Origin: Alphaproteobacteria bacterium
GTDB taxonomy: Bacteria; Pseudomonadota; Alphaproteobacteria; CACZRW01
DNA: 64,000 nucleotides
Reading direction: 5' to 3'
Assembly: GCA_017507765.1 (NCBI GenBank)
Contig: JAFWAG010000021.1
Span: forward strand, 5,903-69,902
Shown in pieces: positions 1 through 14,603 of this stretch (its first letter is position 1; each line of letters opens with the position of its first letter). A program made the position numbers and the translations under genes. The notes beneath the pieces are model-generated. The model did not search any database. It was not told where the DNA came from and saw nothing but the letters and a program-made list of their open reading frames with translations.

Positions 1-117
1 GTAAAACGCCGGATAAAGGATATAAAACGCCCGTTAAGCTGTTGTTTATCTCCGTTTGGGGTAATCAGCCGCCCTTTCCTTTAGGGATAAAAGGTAAATA
101 AAACCTTGCGGATAAGG

Positions 118-155
118 CAAAAATAAAGGGGAGGCTTGAAAGCTTAACCTCCCCC
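118..155 (-). terminator. putative rho-independent terminator downstream of the AsmA-like gene
   Basis: Inverted repeat GGGGAGG (128-134) / CCTCCCC (148-154). On the minus strand the stem is followed by TTTATTTTTG (A-rich 118-127 on plus). A second hairpin, ATACCCG/CGGGTAT, lies at 156-180. Confidence 0.55.
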
Positions 156-232
156 ATACCCGCCGTACTCTTTCGGGTATAAAAAGAGTATAGTGCATAC
201 GATTGTATGTTGCAAGATTATTTTTTAATTTT

Positions 233-3200
233 TTATTCTAAGCCTTCGGTAGAGCCTGTGAACTTAACAATTCTCCCCACCTCTTCCTTTGCCTTATCAA
301 AAGCTTTCTTAGCTCGTAAAACGGCGGCTTCCGCTTGTTTGGCATCAGCAGCTTCTTCCGCCAATCTGGAAGCATTTTCGGCTTCATATCCGGCGTCGTC
401 AATTTTCTTTGCCGCATCGGAAATAATCGGCGCAAAAGGATTGGCCTTTTCCATATCCCGAGCATACTTCACAAACTTTGCCGCATCTTGAGCATATTTT
501 TTTGCGGTTGCTTTGGCGGAAATCGTCAAAACTTTAGCATAATTAGCATTGATTTTATCGATTGGTTCTTGGACTTTTTCGGTTATTCCCGCAATCAGTT
601 TAATTTCGGCATCGGTTATATTTTCTTTGCCGACGAAATCAACCAACGGAGAAAAGTCCAAGAGCATTTTTTCGGCTAACATACGGTTTTCCGCTGCAAT
701 ATTTTTGATAGAGGGAGTTATTTCTGCCATTTTTTCCGTAGTCAAAACTTTTTGATATGTATCTCCGACTTCTTTTTTCAAGGCTTCAAGTTTTTCCGTA
801 AAGTCTTGTTCTTGTTTCAAAGCTTCGGTTTCTTGGATTTTAGCTTTTTCCAAGGCCTCTTCTTTTATTTGTTCTTCTTTGGCTTTTGCTTCGCTCTGAA
901 GCTGTTTTTCAAGCTCTGTGTCTGCGAAGGTGTATATCGGTGCATCAAGGGTTCCCTTAATGATAACCGAGTAAGCCGGAATGTTTAGCATTGTATCTTC
1001 CGGCACTTTGACGGTTGTATTTAAATCAGAAGTTGTAAGGTCTAATTTAAAGGCAACAAAGGATTTTTTGTCTTTATTGTACAATAAATCCAACGGAGCC
1101 GCCGTTATTTGACCGTTATTTATATTAAATGTTCCGGTTAAGCTGTTAAACGGAGTGTTGTTGTTTTGCAAAGCCTGCCGGAAGGAAGAAAGGAATGTTG
1201 CAGATTCCTCTTCACCGTCGTCAAAAGTCTTTTGTAAAAAGTCCTGCGCTTTAGTCAAAGATAAGCCGGCTATTTCCCCGTTTGCAAAAGTAAATGTTCC
1301 TGAACCGCCCATACCGGAAACCATTTCATAAACACTGTTTCCTTTACCGGTCATACGAACTTTGAAGTCAGCCATTTCTGCGGACAAGTTAACTTTGTCT
1401 TTAGCATCAAAAAGGCTATTTACTTTTACTTTTGTGCCGTTAGCTTCCGCTGTGAACAAAGGAAAATCAGGACGCAAATCAAGCATTCCTTTAATGTTAA
1501 CCGTCCCCTCTTCTCCCATTTTTGCTTCAAGGGAAGTAAGTTCTGCAACCTTATTAAGCACTTTGATTTTTACCAGAGCGTCATTAAAGTTAGTTGTTCC
1601 GGCAACCAGAGTTTTTGCCGACAGATTAATTTGAGCCGTCAAAGTTTTCAAAAACTCGGTCAAAGCAAAAGGTTCTTTATCCCATTCCGGAGCTGTAGCC
1701 GGAAAAGCCGCCATGGTCTTGGTTGCAAAGTAATTATTTACATAGAACTTATCGGTTTCCAAAGATGCAATAAATACTTTCCGGTCATTTTTCTCTGATA
1801 TTCCGGCATTTCCGGTAATTTTATCGGCTCCGATATTCAGTTCCAATCCGGTTATTTTGGTTTGTCCTTTGGTAACGTCAAAGTTTCCGAAAAACTTAAA
1901 CTTACCCGTAATTTCCTGCGGTAGTTTATAGGAGGAGAATAAGCTGATTAAATTACGGGTTTGAGGGTGACGTATCTCAAAGGTAAACACGGCAGAAGAA
2001 GGCTTTTCTGCGGTTGCTTCTTCATAAGTTCCTTCGGCATTAAAGTAAGCTCCGGAAGTATCCCCCACCAGCTTAAATAAGATTTTTTCTTCAGAACCGT
2101 TTAAGGTGGCATCTAACAGAAGGTTAGTCATTTTTGCCGTATCAAAAGGCAAAGCTATACCCATGTCATTGATAATTTGATTAACTCGGCTAAGCTTAAG
2201 ATTTACTTCCAAGTTCTTCAATACCAATGGTTTACCTTCTTCTAGTCCAGAAACCTCTCCTTGCAGGCTTGCTGAATTACCGGCGATATTGTTCATTCTG
2301 AATTCGGTTACATTGGCAATTCCGTCTTTAATGCTACCGTTAAAGACAATTCGAGGTGAAGAAATCTGACCGTATGCAGATTCGGAAATATCAAGTTTAA
2401 TACGGGCATTATATTTATTGATAAATGGGAAAGCTTTGAAAATATCTTGTATTCCGGCGTTAATTCCTTTTTCCGAAATATTTTTGATATTGTCTTGTAT
2501 TGTAGTTTTATTCAAAGATTCCTTAATGTTTATTCCGGCTATCTGCAAATCAAGGTCAAAGTTATCTTCTTGCAAAGCCAAATCCGTTCCGATTTTTCCG
2601 TCAACGCTTATACTTCCGGCTTTGAAAACGATTTTATCCAGATAAAAAGAGTTGGGATTTAAGGCAAGTTCAGCTTTAAATGTACTGTTATCCGGCGGGA
2701 TACGGTCAGTAATTTCTGCGGGCAAAGGAAGAGCCAACCATTTAAGCAATTCTGCGGTTTTTTCTGACGATATATTAAAGTCTCCGGCAAGATTTAAGTC
2801 TTTTCCTTCCGCCGCTTTGGTTAATGTAAGGTTTCCTTGTAACAAGGAGGTTCCCGGCAGTTTAGCTTTTATATTACTGAAAGTTACGGTATTTTCCGAA
2901 GAATCAATCAGCATCGCCGTATCTTCTATGTTATCGTCATTATATTTTAATATATCGGCTTTAAGAGCAATCAAAGCGTTGTTGACAAAGGATATATTTC
3001 CTTCCGTTTCGCTTTGGCAGATATTCTTTATAAGGTCTACCCACGGCGAAAGCTCCAGATAGCTTATAATGAAATTAGCTCTAAGATTTTTATCTTCTTT
3101 GTTATTGGTTTCCGGCGCATACAAAGCAAAGGAGGCATCACCGACGGCAGAGTTTTCTCCTTGCTTTATCACAATATCGGCCAAGGAAACTTGGGTTCCC

Positions 3201-4057
3201 TGCATTTTAAGGGAAAGGTTTGCGGTAATCGGAGTTGTTAGATTGTCAGGAACTTTTACGTTCGGCATCCAAAAAGAAATAAGCTTGTCCGGATTAGCAA
3301 TATCCGCCACCACATTTCCGGCGAAAGAAAAGCTTGGGGTTGAATGAATAAGCTTTCCGCTGATAGCTATTGAAGCTCCGGTATCGGGACGAGAGAACAT
3401 AACATTTAATTCTGAAGGCTCTCTGGTATGAAGCTTATCCAAGGAAATAGCTAAACCTGTAGCTGCATCAAAAAGCTTAAACGTACCGTCAAAGCGATAA
3501 GGCCCCCGCAAAGTTTCGGCAATCATCTCTCCGTTCAGCTGTTCCAGATTATATTCAACATTCGAAGCTTTATTGGTAAAAATTATACTTCCGTCTTGAA
3601 TGGTTAGACTGTCAAAAGAAACTTCGTCCGGCATATTTCCGGCATTTGCGTCCGTACCGTTTGAGTTAAGGAAATCAAGCGTCCAGTTAACTTTTCCGTC
3701 CGGCAAGACGTCTATATAAACTTTTGGCTTGATAAGTTCAGTTCTGGTAATTCTCAGATTACCGGAAATCAAAGATTTCAAATCCAGCTCTGCGGTAATC
3801 TTTTCAATTTCCAACATATTCGGATTTGTTGTTCCGGTTACATTCGCAATTCTGGTTCTTTCGGCAGTGATAGTGGGAGACGGCATAAACTTCAAAGAAA
3901 AGTCTCCGTCAACCGACACATTTCTACCGGTCATCATTTGGAGGTTTTCGGTAAACTTTTGCTTTAATCCCTCGTCATCAACCAAAAGAGGAACGGAAAT
4001 TACTCCCCCTATTGCAACTAACACTATAATTGCCACTATAGTTAAAAGCTTTTTCAT
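233..4057 (-). CDS. AsmA-family outer-membrane biogenesis protein with a long C-terminal coiled-coil extension
   Basis: 1274-aa ORF with an N-terminal signal anchor (MKKLLTIVAIIVLVAIGGVISVPLLV). The ~1000-aa body is beta-rich, repetitive and G/N/T/S-rich, as in AsmA/TamB-like proteins. The last ~270 aa are K/E/A-rich heptad-like sequence. Confidence 0.7.
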   Translation of the reverse strand: MKKLLTIVAIIVLVAIGGVISVPLLVDDEGLKQKFTENLQMMTGRNVSVDGDFSLKFMPSPTITAERTRIANVTGTTNPNMLEIEKITAELDLKSLISGNLRITRTELIKPKVYIDVLPDGKVNWTLDFLNSNGTDANAGNMPDEVSFDSLTIQDGSIIFTNKASNVEYNLEQLNGEMIAETLRGPYRFDGTFKLFDAATGLAISLDKLHTREPSELNVMFSRPDTGASIAISGKLIHSTPSFSFAGNVVADIANPDKLISFWMPNVKVPDNLTTPITANLSLKMQGTQVSLADIVIKQGENSAVGDASFALYAPETNNKEDKNLRANFIISYLELSPWVDLIKNICQSETEGNISFVNNALIALKADILKYNDDNIEDTAMLIDSSENTVTFSNIKAKLPGTSLLQGNLTLTKAAEGKDLNLAGDFNISSEKTAELLKWLALPLPAEITDRIPPDNSTFKAELALNPNSFYLDKIVFKAGSISVDGKIGTDLALQEDNFDLDLQIAGINIKESLNKTTIQDNIKNISEKGINAGIQDIFKAFPFINKYNARIKLDISESAYGQISSPRIVFNGSIKDGIANVTEFRMNNIAGNSASLQGEVSGLEEGKPLVLKNLEVNLKLSRVNQIINDMGIALPFDTAKMTNLLLDATLNGSEEKILFKLVGDTSGAYFNAEGTYEEATAEKPSSAVFTFEIRHPQTRNLISLFSSYKLPQEITGKFKFFGNFDVTKGQTKITGLELNIGADKITGNAGISEKNDRKVFIASLETDKFYVNNYFATKTMAAFPATAPEWDKEPFALTEFLKTLTAQINLSAKTLVAGTTNFNDALVKIKVLNKVAELTSLEAKMGEEGTVNIKGMLDLRPDFPLFTAEANGTKVKVNSLFDAKDKVNLSAEMADFKVRMTGKGNSVYEMVSGMGGSGTFTFANGEIAGLSLTKAQDFLQKTFDDGEEESATFLSSFRQALQNNNTPFNSLTGTFNINNGQITAAPLDLLYNKDKKSFVAFKLDLTTSDLNTTVKVPEDTMLNIPAYSVIIKGTLDAPIYTFADTELEKQLQSEAKAKEEQIKEEALEKAKIQETEALKQEQDFTEKLEALKKEVGDTYQKVLTTEKMAEITPSIKNIAAENRMLAEKMLLDFSPLVDFVGKENITDAEIKLIAGITEKVQEPIDKINANYAKVLTISAKATAKKYAQDAAKFVKYARDMEKANPFAPIISDAAKKIDDAGYEAENASRLAEEAADAKQAEAAVLRAKKAFDKAKEEVGRIVKFTGSTEGLE

Positions 4058-4094
4058 CTTGTCCTCTTTTGATTGTTGTGCAGAAGTTTAGTCT

Positions 4095-4748
4095 TTAAAG
4101 AGTTCCGAATAAACGGTCGCCGGCATCTCCCAAGCCGGGAATTATATAAGCTTGGTCATTCAAGCATTCATCAATAGCTCCGATATATATAGGTATTTCC
4201 GGATAAGCCTTAGAGAACACTTCAACAGCGTCCATAGCTCCAAGTAAAGCCACAAAAATCATTTTATCTGTTTTGACCCCACGTTTTTTCAAAGCTTCGA
4301 CGGCGGCACAAGCAGAAAATCCGGTTGCGAACATAGGATCAACCAGAATGAAGTGTTGTTCTCTTACTTCCGGTATTTTTACAAAGTATTCGATTGGGCG
4401 TTTTGTTTCATGGTCACGATACATTCCTACGTGTCCGATTGCGGAATTAGGCAGAATATTTAACAATCCGTCTGCCATGAACAAACCGGCTCTTAAGATA
4501 GGAACGATAATAGGAGGCTCGCCTTCCAAAACCGGAGCTTTTTCCATGGTACACATCGGGGTATCGATTTTTCTGGTTGTCAAAGGCAGAGCCTTTGTCG
4601 CTTCATAACCGATTAAGACGGCTATTTCTTTTAACAAGTCCCGAAAATCACGAATCGAAGTATTTTTATCCCGCATATGGGACAATTTGTGCTGAACCAA
4701 AGGGTGGTCTACTACAAACAAACTTGGGTGTTCAGGATATTGTTTCAT
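4095..4748 (-). CDS. upp: uracil phosphoribosyltransferase
   Basis: 217 aa. Shows UPRTase family features: HPLVQHKLSHMRD near the N-terminus, PILRAG, a PRPP-binding loop (ILVDPMFATGFS) and the C-terminal IIPGLGDAGDRLFGT. Confidence 0.92.
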   Translation of the reverse strand: MKQYPEHPSLFVVDHPLVQHKLSHMRDKNTSIRDFRDLLKEIAVLIGYEATKALPLTTRKIDTPMCTMEKAPVLEGEPPIIVPILRAGLFMADGLLNILPNSAIGHVGMYRDHETKRPIEYFVKIPEVREQHFILVDPMFATGFSACAAVEALKKRGVKTDKMIFVALLGAMDAVEVFSKAYPEIPIYIGAIDECLNDQAYIIPGLGDAGDRLFGTL

Positions 4749-4935
4749 AAGGATTTTCCTTTCATTAGGCTTTATTTTTTATATATATTTTTTAATCAGT
4801 ATATACAAGAGAACCTATAGGCTATATCTTTTCCCACGATTTTAAAAACAATATTTTACGCACAAAGCAAAAATAAATTAACTTTATTTTATTAAATATA
4901 GCATAAAGCTTCTTTACAAGGGAAAATAGGTCGCC

Positions 4936-6252
4936 ATGAACATTGCGGATATTATACATCATAAATTAGAGCGCAAACAATGGACCAAGAAAGAAATCGA
5001 CTTTTTGGTAAATGGCTTGCTTGACTGGTCGGTATCGGAGGCAGAGGCTGGTGCCGTTATTATGGCAGTATCTTTTTTCGGTTTAAGTGCGGAAGAAACG
5101 GTCAATTTAACTTCTGCCATAGCGAAATCCGGCGACAAAATAAACTGGAAATCATCTAAACTTAACGGCCCGTTATTGGATAAGATATCTTCCGGCGGCA
5201 TTGGGGATAAAATCACTTTGATTTTAGCACCGTTAGTTGCGGCCTGCGGCGGTTATGTTCCGATTATATCTGCCAGAGGCCTTGGCTTTTCCGGCAATAC
5301 CATAGATAAGCTTGAAAGCATTCCTAATTACGACGGCGAACCTTCGGTTGCAGAGTTTCAATCCATTACCAAAGATATTGGTTGTGCGATTGCTTCCGAA
5401 GCCCCTCATTTTGCTCCTGCAAACCGCAGTTTATATACGATAAGAGAAGCCATCGGAGCATCAGATTGTATTTCTCTTTTGGTTGCCTCCATGCTTTCCC
5501 GTAAGCTAGCCGCCGGCTCCAAAGCTTTGGTGGCGGATATAAAAGTCGGCAGCGGAACGGTTATTTCGGACATAGAAACCGGCAGACTTATGGCCAACAC
5601 CCTTTTAAATACGGCAAAATCTTTAGGAATGTCCGTAACGGCAGTAATCTCAGATTCGCACCAAGTCATAGGCAAAAGTGCCGGCAATGCGGTGGAAGTC
5701 GAAGAAGCCATAGAGTTTTTAATCGGCAAACATCAAGATTTGCGGCTTATGGAGTTAGTATTAAGCCTTGGTACGGAAATGCTTTTGGCAGGAAAGCTTA
5801 TAACCTCTTATGAAGAAGGAAAACGCCGTCTTCGTGCCGCTTTGGATAGCGGAGAAGCCGCCGAAAAGTTCTCTCGTATGGTTATGCGCCTTTCCGGAGT
5901 TGGCAATATCTTGGAAAAATACCATACGATTTTACCAAAAGCACCGATTATCCGTCCGGTTTTCCCCGATAAAGAAGGATATATTTCTTCTTTGGACGGC
6001 AAAAAGATTGCCTCTTGTCTTGTGGTTATGAATGCCGCCCGCATCAGCCTTGACGAGATTATTGATTATCGTTCGGGACTTTCTTCTTGTCGCTCTTTGG
6101 GTGATTTTGTGGATTTGGATACGCCGCTGGCTTATATTCACGCCAAAGACGAAGCTTCTTTTGCAGAAGTTTCAGAAATCATAAAGGAAGCCTTCACTAT
6201 CAGTGAAATAGCTCCGGAAAAGGCTCCGGTAATTTATGAAACCCTCACCTGA
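4936..6252 (+). CDS. deoA: thymidine / pyrimidine-nucleoside phosphorylase family protein (divergent motifs)
   Basis: 438 aa, co-linear with DeoA across its length (GDKITLILAPLVAACGGYVPIISARGLG...IDKLESIP, SAGNAVEVEEAIEFL). It sits directly upstream of deoB. Several canonical motif residues differ; see the finding on this gene. Confidence 0.75.
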   Translation: MNIADIIHHKLERKQWTKKEIDFLVNGLLDWSVSEAEAGAVIMAVSFFGLSAEETVNLTSAIAKSGDKINWKSSKLNGPLLDKISSGGIGDKITLILAPLVAACGGYVPIISARGLGFSGNTIDKLESIPNYDGEPSVAEFQSITKDIGCAIASEAPHFAPANRSLYTIREAIGASDCISLLVASMLSRKLAAGSKALVADIKVGSGTVISDIETGRLMANTLLNTAKSLGMSVTAVISDSHQVIGKSAGNAVEVEEAIEFLIGKHQDLRLMELVLSLGTEMLLAGKLITSYEEGKRRLRAALDSGEAAEKFSRMVMRLSGVGNILEKYHTILPKAPIIRPVFPDKEGYISSLDGKKIASCLVVMNAARISLDEIIDYRSGLSSCRSLGDFVDLDTPLAYIHAKDEASFAEVSEIIKEAFTISEIAPEKAPVIYETLT

Positions 6253-6276
6253 TAATTAAAAGGAAATCCTCTTGTC

Positions 6277-7467
6277 GTGAAAAGAGTTATTGTTTGTATT
6301 TTGGATTCTTTTGGTATCGGCGGCGCTCCCGATGCTGCCGCTTATGATGATAACGGCGCAGACACTCTTGGTCATATTGCAAAAAATTATCCTTTACATA
6401 TCCCTAATTTATTAAAAAACGGACTTGGTGAAGCTTATTTTATGTGTAACGGCCGCTATCCTCAAGGATTTAACCGAGAAGAAGAACCGGACGGAGCATA
6501 TACCTATGCCTCTGAACAGAGTATTGGCAAAGACACCCCAAGCGGTCATTGGGAACTGATGGGACTTCCTGTTACCACCCCTTGGAGCCTTTTTCCCAAA
6601 GAATATCCAAGTTTTCCGCCGGATATACTGGAAAAAATAGCCAAGGAAGTAAATATTGACGGTTTCTTAGGGAACTATGCCGCTTCGGGAACAGAGATAC
6701 TTAAAGAATTAGGCGAAAAGCATTTACATCTTCTTTCCGAAGGTAAAGCTCTGCCGATAGTCTATACTTCTGCCGACAGCGTTATGCAGATAGCCGCCCA
6801 CGAAGAATTGTTCGGCTTGGAACGCTTATATCAAGTATGCCAAAAAGCAAGAGAAATCATGGACGATGCCGGCTATATGCTTGGCAGAGTTATTGCCCGC
6901 CCGTTTTTGGGTGAAACCTCCGCTACTTTCAAACGAACTCCCAACCGTCATGATTATTCTTTGCCTCCGCCCTCTCCTACCATTCTGGAGTATTTGGTAG
7001 GTCAAGGAAAACAGATAACCGGCATAGGCAAAATATATGATATTTTTGCAGGTAAAGGGATAACGAAAAAGATTTTAGCCAGCGGCAACGAAGATATTTT
7101 CTCTGTTTTGGTTTCTGAAATCAAAAACAATGCTTCTGCGGCGGTTATTCTGGCTAACTTTGTTGATTTTGATATGCTTTACGGTCATCGCAGAGATATC
7201 AAAGGATACGCCAAAGCCTTGGAGTATTTTGACTCCTGCCTGCCTAAATTAAAGGAAGCGATGAGAGATGATGACATTTTAATAATTACGGCTGACCATG
7301 GCTGTGATCCCGATTTTAAAGGCGTAAACCATACCCGTGAATGCATTCCCGTTTTAATCAGCGGCAAGAATATCCAAGGAAAAAGCCTTCCTCCCGCAGA
7401 TTCTTTTTGTATCGTTGCCAAGGTAATAAATCAGCATTTAGCTGTTAACTATTCGTTAAGTAACTGA
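6277..7467 (+). CDS. deoB: phosphopentomutase
   Basis: 396 aa with a GTG start. Motifs ILDSFGIGGAPDA, GADTLGHIA, NFVDFDMLYGHRRD and ITADHGCDP match the metal-dependent phosphopentomutase family. Confidence 0.92.
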   Translation: MKRVIVCILDSFGIGGAPDAAAYDDNGADTLGHIAKNYPLHIPNLLKNGLGEAYFMCNGRYPQGFNREEEPDGAYTYASEQSIGKDTPSGHWELMGLPVTTPWSLFPKEYPSFPPDILEKIAKEVNIDGFLGNYAASGTEILKELGEKHLHLLSEGKALPIVYTSADSVMQIAAHEELFGLERLYQVCQKAREIMDDAGYMLGRVIARPFLGETSATFKRTPNRHDYSLPPPSPTILEYLVGQGKQITGIGKIYDIFAGKGITKKILASGNEDIFSVLVSEIKNNASAAVILANFVDFDMLYGHRRDIKGYAKALEYFDSCLPKLKEAMRDDDILIITADHGCDPDFKGVNHTRECIPVLISGKNIQGKSLPPADSFCIVAKVINQHLAVNYSLSN

Positions 7468-7568
7468 TTTTTGTAATAACCGTAACAAAGGTTGATTTGA
7501 GAAATCCCGATTTTCCTGATACTTTTCTGGAAAATAAACTATTAAAGTAAACGGAAAGGGATATTTTC

Positions 7569-8546
7569 ATGTCAGACAAAGAACTTCACAATCAGCAAGA
7601 TACTGAAGGCTTTATGGCTGAATATGCCTTAAAGCAAAAAACTATCCGTAACGCTATCAGCTGCTACGGTGTTGGTTTGCATTCCGGTTCAAAAGTAAAA
7701 CTCACTTTAAAGCCTGCGGATATTGATTCCGGCATTACTTTTTTCCGTACGGATATTTCCGGTAACGGTGCCGCAATCAAAGCTGATTATCGCAATGTTG
7801 TCGATACTCGCCTTTGCACCTGCCTTGGCGACGGCAAAGGCAATAATATTGCTACGGTTGAACATTTGATGTCCGCCATTCACGGTTTGGGGATTACCAA
7901 CTTAAATGTTGAAGTAAGCGGTCCGGAAATGCCGATTTTGGACGGCAGCGCATCTTCCTTTGTCTTTTTGTTAAACAGTGCCGGCTTGGAAGTCCAAGAT
8001 GCCCCGTTAAAAGCAATCAGAATAAAGAAATCCGTTACGGTTTCTGAAAACGGAGCTTTTGTAACTCTGCTTCCTTCTTCTACACTGTTTAATATTGATT
8101 TCTCTTTGGATTATTCTGCTTGCCCGTTTATCGGCCGCCAGCAAATGGATTTTGCTTTAAATCCTGTTGAGTATGTTCAAAATATTTCTTCGGCTCGTAC
8201 ATTTGGACTTGCGAAAGAAGTCGAACAGATTAAAGCCATGGGACTTGCCAAAGGCGGTTCTTTGGAAAACGTTTTGGTTGTTACCGACAAAGATGTTTTA
8301 AATCCGGAAGGACTTCGTTACGAAGACGAATTCGTACGTCATAAAATCCTTGACGCTGTTGGCGATATGTACATGGGCGGCTATACCTTGATTGGCACCA
8401 TGATTGCTTCCAAATCGGGACATCGTATGAACAATCTTGCTTTGCAGGCATTGTTTGCCGATAAAGATGCTTGGGAATTAGTTGAAGTTACCGCCAATAA
8501 TTATCCGGTTTCTCTTTCTAATTTAAAGAAACGGAACATCGCCTAA
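7569..8546 (+). CDS. lpxC: UDP-3-O-acyl-N-acetylglucosamine deacetylase
   Basis: 325 aa with GVGLHSGSKVKLTLKPA, ATVEHLMSA, EMPILDGSA, ARTFG and FVRHKILDAVGD motifs. An alternative start at ATG 7614 would remove a 15-aa N-terminal extension. Confidence 0.93.
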   Translation: MSDKELHNQQDTEGFMAEYALKQKTIRNAISCYGVGLHSGSKVKLTLKPADIDSGITFFRTDISGNGAAIKADYRNVVDTRLCTCLGDGKGNNIATVEHLMSAIHGLGITNLNVEVSGPEMPILDGSASSFVFLLNSAGLEVQDAPLKAIRIKKSVTVSENGAFVTLLPSSTLFNIDFSLDYSACPFIGRQQMDFALNPVEYVQNISSARTFGLAKEVEQIKAMGLAKGGSLENVLVVTDKDVLNPEGLRYEDEFVRHKILDAVGDMYMGGYTLIGTMIASKSGHRMNNLALQALFADKDAWELVEVTANNYPVSLSNLKKRNIA

Positions 8547-8639
8547 AAAATCCTTATTGTCTTATAATTAAATTGATGCATATTTACCCTCAAGGTGTTA
8601 TGCTCTGTGGCGATTTATAATTATATGGATAAGTTTCTT

Positions 8640-9464
8640 ATGGCTAATTTCGGACGTTTTATTGCTTTTTTGTTTTTGTTTTTTGTGGTTGTTATGTTTG
8701 TCGGCAGCTGTGCCTCAGATGCGGACAAAGCCCAAAAAGAGCGCACGGTTGAAGAATTATACAACGAAGGTTATGAGGCTTTAGGCAAGCATAATTATGA
8801 AAAAGCCGCTAAAATGTTTGATGAATTGGAACGCCAACACCCCTATTCTTCTTGGGCGTCAAAGGCGGAGCTTATGGCGGCATATTCTTATTATGAAAAC
8901 GAAAAGTATGATGATGCGATTTTAGCCTTAGACCGTTTTATTCAGCTTCACCCCGGCAATAAAAACACACCTTACGCATATTATATGCGAGCCATGTGCT
9001 TTTATGAGCAGATATCTGATGTTTATCGTGATCAAAAAATCACCCTTCTTGCCCGTGATGCGCTTCAAGAAGTGTTCAGACGTTTTCCAGACAGTGTTTA
9101 TGCCCGTGATGCCAAAGTTAAATACGATTTGACCATAGACCACCTTGCGGGAAAAGAAATGGCTATCGGCCGTTATTATCAAGAACAGAACGATATTCTG
9201 GCGGCACTTAACCGTTATCAGCAGGTTGTTATTGAATATCAGACGACCACTCATGTTCAGGAAGCTTTATATCGTTTGGTTGAATGCTATACGACCTTAG
9301 GCTTAAAGAAGGAAGCAATCCGCAGTGCGGCGGTTTTGGGATACAACTATCCGAACAGCGAGTGGTATGATATGGCGTACAAGCTTGCGGAACTTGACGC
9401 AGAACAGTTAAAGAAAATCAAGGAAGAGGAAGCCGAAAACTCTTGGTTAGGCTTGTCTTTTTAA
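8640..9464 (+). CDS. bamD: outer membrane protein assembly factor BamD (TPR lipoprotein)
   Basis: The ORF is open from 8595. ATG 8640 gives MANFGRFIAFLFLFFVVVMFVGSC with a lipobox (VGSC). The body is TPR-like, with the typical BamD phrases YEKAAKMFDELERQHPYS and RFPDSVYARDA. Confidence 0.88.
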   Translation: MANFGRFIAFLFLFFVVVMFVGSCASDADKAQKERTVEELYNEGYEALGKHNYEKAAKMFDELERQHPYSSWASKAELMAAYSYYENEKYDDAILALDRFIQLHPGNKNTPYAYYMRAMCFYEQISDVYRDQKITLLARDALQEVFRRFPDSVYARDAKVKYDLTIDHLAGKEMAIGRYYQEQNDILAALNRYQQVVIEYQTTTHVQEALYRLVECYTTLGLKKEAIRSAAVLGYNYPNSEWYDMAYKLAELDAEQLKKIKEEEAENSWLGLSF

Positions 9465-9491
9465 CCTCCGGCATTAACAAAAGAGCAAAAA

Positions 9492-13851
<4,360 letters not shown>

Positions 13852-13941
13852 TTTCTTTAATCCTTGCAGATAAATACGCTTTCTTTCCTTAATTTAAAGA
13901 AATTATAGCCAAATTGCAAGCAATACGAATATCAACACATA

Positions 13942-14550
13942 TTATAGCAAAGAAAACTTCTCTAAAAACGCCCTAACCTCTTGAGAATCCTTAAATATCA
14001 AAGCATCAAGGCCAAGGATTTTCGCCGCCTGTACATTTACTTCTGTATCATCAATAAAAACCGCTTCTTTGGGATTTATTTTAAATCGGTCAAAGAGTAT
14101 TTGGAATATTTCCGGTTCCGGTTTTGAAGCACCAACTTCTCCGGATATAATAATCCCGTCAAACAAATCCCAAAAATCCACAATCTTTTTAGCCATAGGA
14201 ATGGCACTTAAGTGCAGATTGCTTAACAGATATACTTTCACGCCCTTTTCTTTTAATTCTTTAATGATTTGCAGATTTTCGGTTATATAGCCGTCAAACA
14301 TTTCCGGCAGTATCTGTGGATAAATAGCTATTTCGTCCGCATATTCGGGATATTTTTTCTGGGTTTCAATAACCGCCTCTTCTATGGAAGTATGTTCCAT
14401 AAGGTAGTCAAAGCGGGAACCTATAACATTTTGCAGGAAAAACTCTAACCTTTGCGGGTCGGTAATCACTTTTGCATAAGCTTTTTCATGCCGCCAACGA
14501 ACTAAGACGTTAAACAAATCAAAAATAACGGTATTTTTCTTTTGTGTCAT
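13942..14550 (-). CDS. HAD-superfamily hydrolase, tandem paralogue of 13246-13851
   Basis: 202 aa, co-linear with its neighbour: VIFDLFNVL, KGVKVYLLSN, SGEVGASKPEPEIF, AVFIDD. Confidence 0.8.
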   Translation of the reverse strand: MTQKKNTVIFDLFNVLVRWRHEKAYAKVITDPQRLEFFLQNVIGSRFDYLMEHTSIEEAVIETQKKYPEYADEIAIYPQILPEMFDGYITENLQIIKELKEKGVKVYLLSNLHLSAIPMAKKIVDFWDLFDGIIISGEVGASKPEPEIFQILFDRFKINPKEAVFIDDTEVNVQAAKILGLDALIFKDSQEVRAFLEKFSLL

Positions 14551-14603
14551 ATGTAAACTCCGTGCTAAACTAATTCTATAAGCACCATTTTATGAAAGAG
14601 TAG

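Noticed and set aside
1-117. Left edge of the window, examined for a partial gene or tRNA.
   Set aside because: Stops occur in all frames. There is no cloverleaf-compatible sequence and no recognisable motif. It is probably intergenic.
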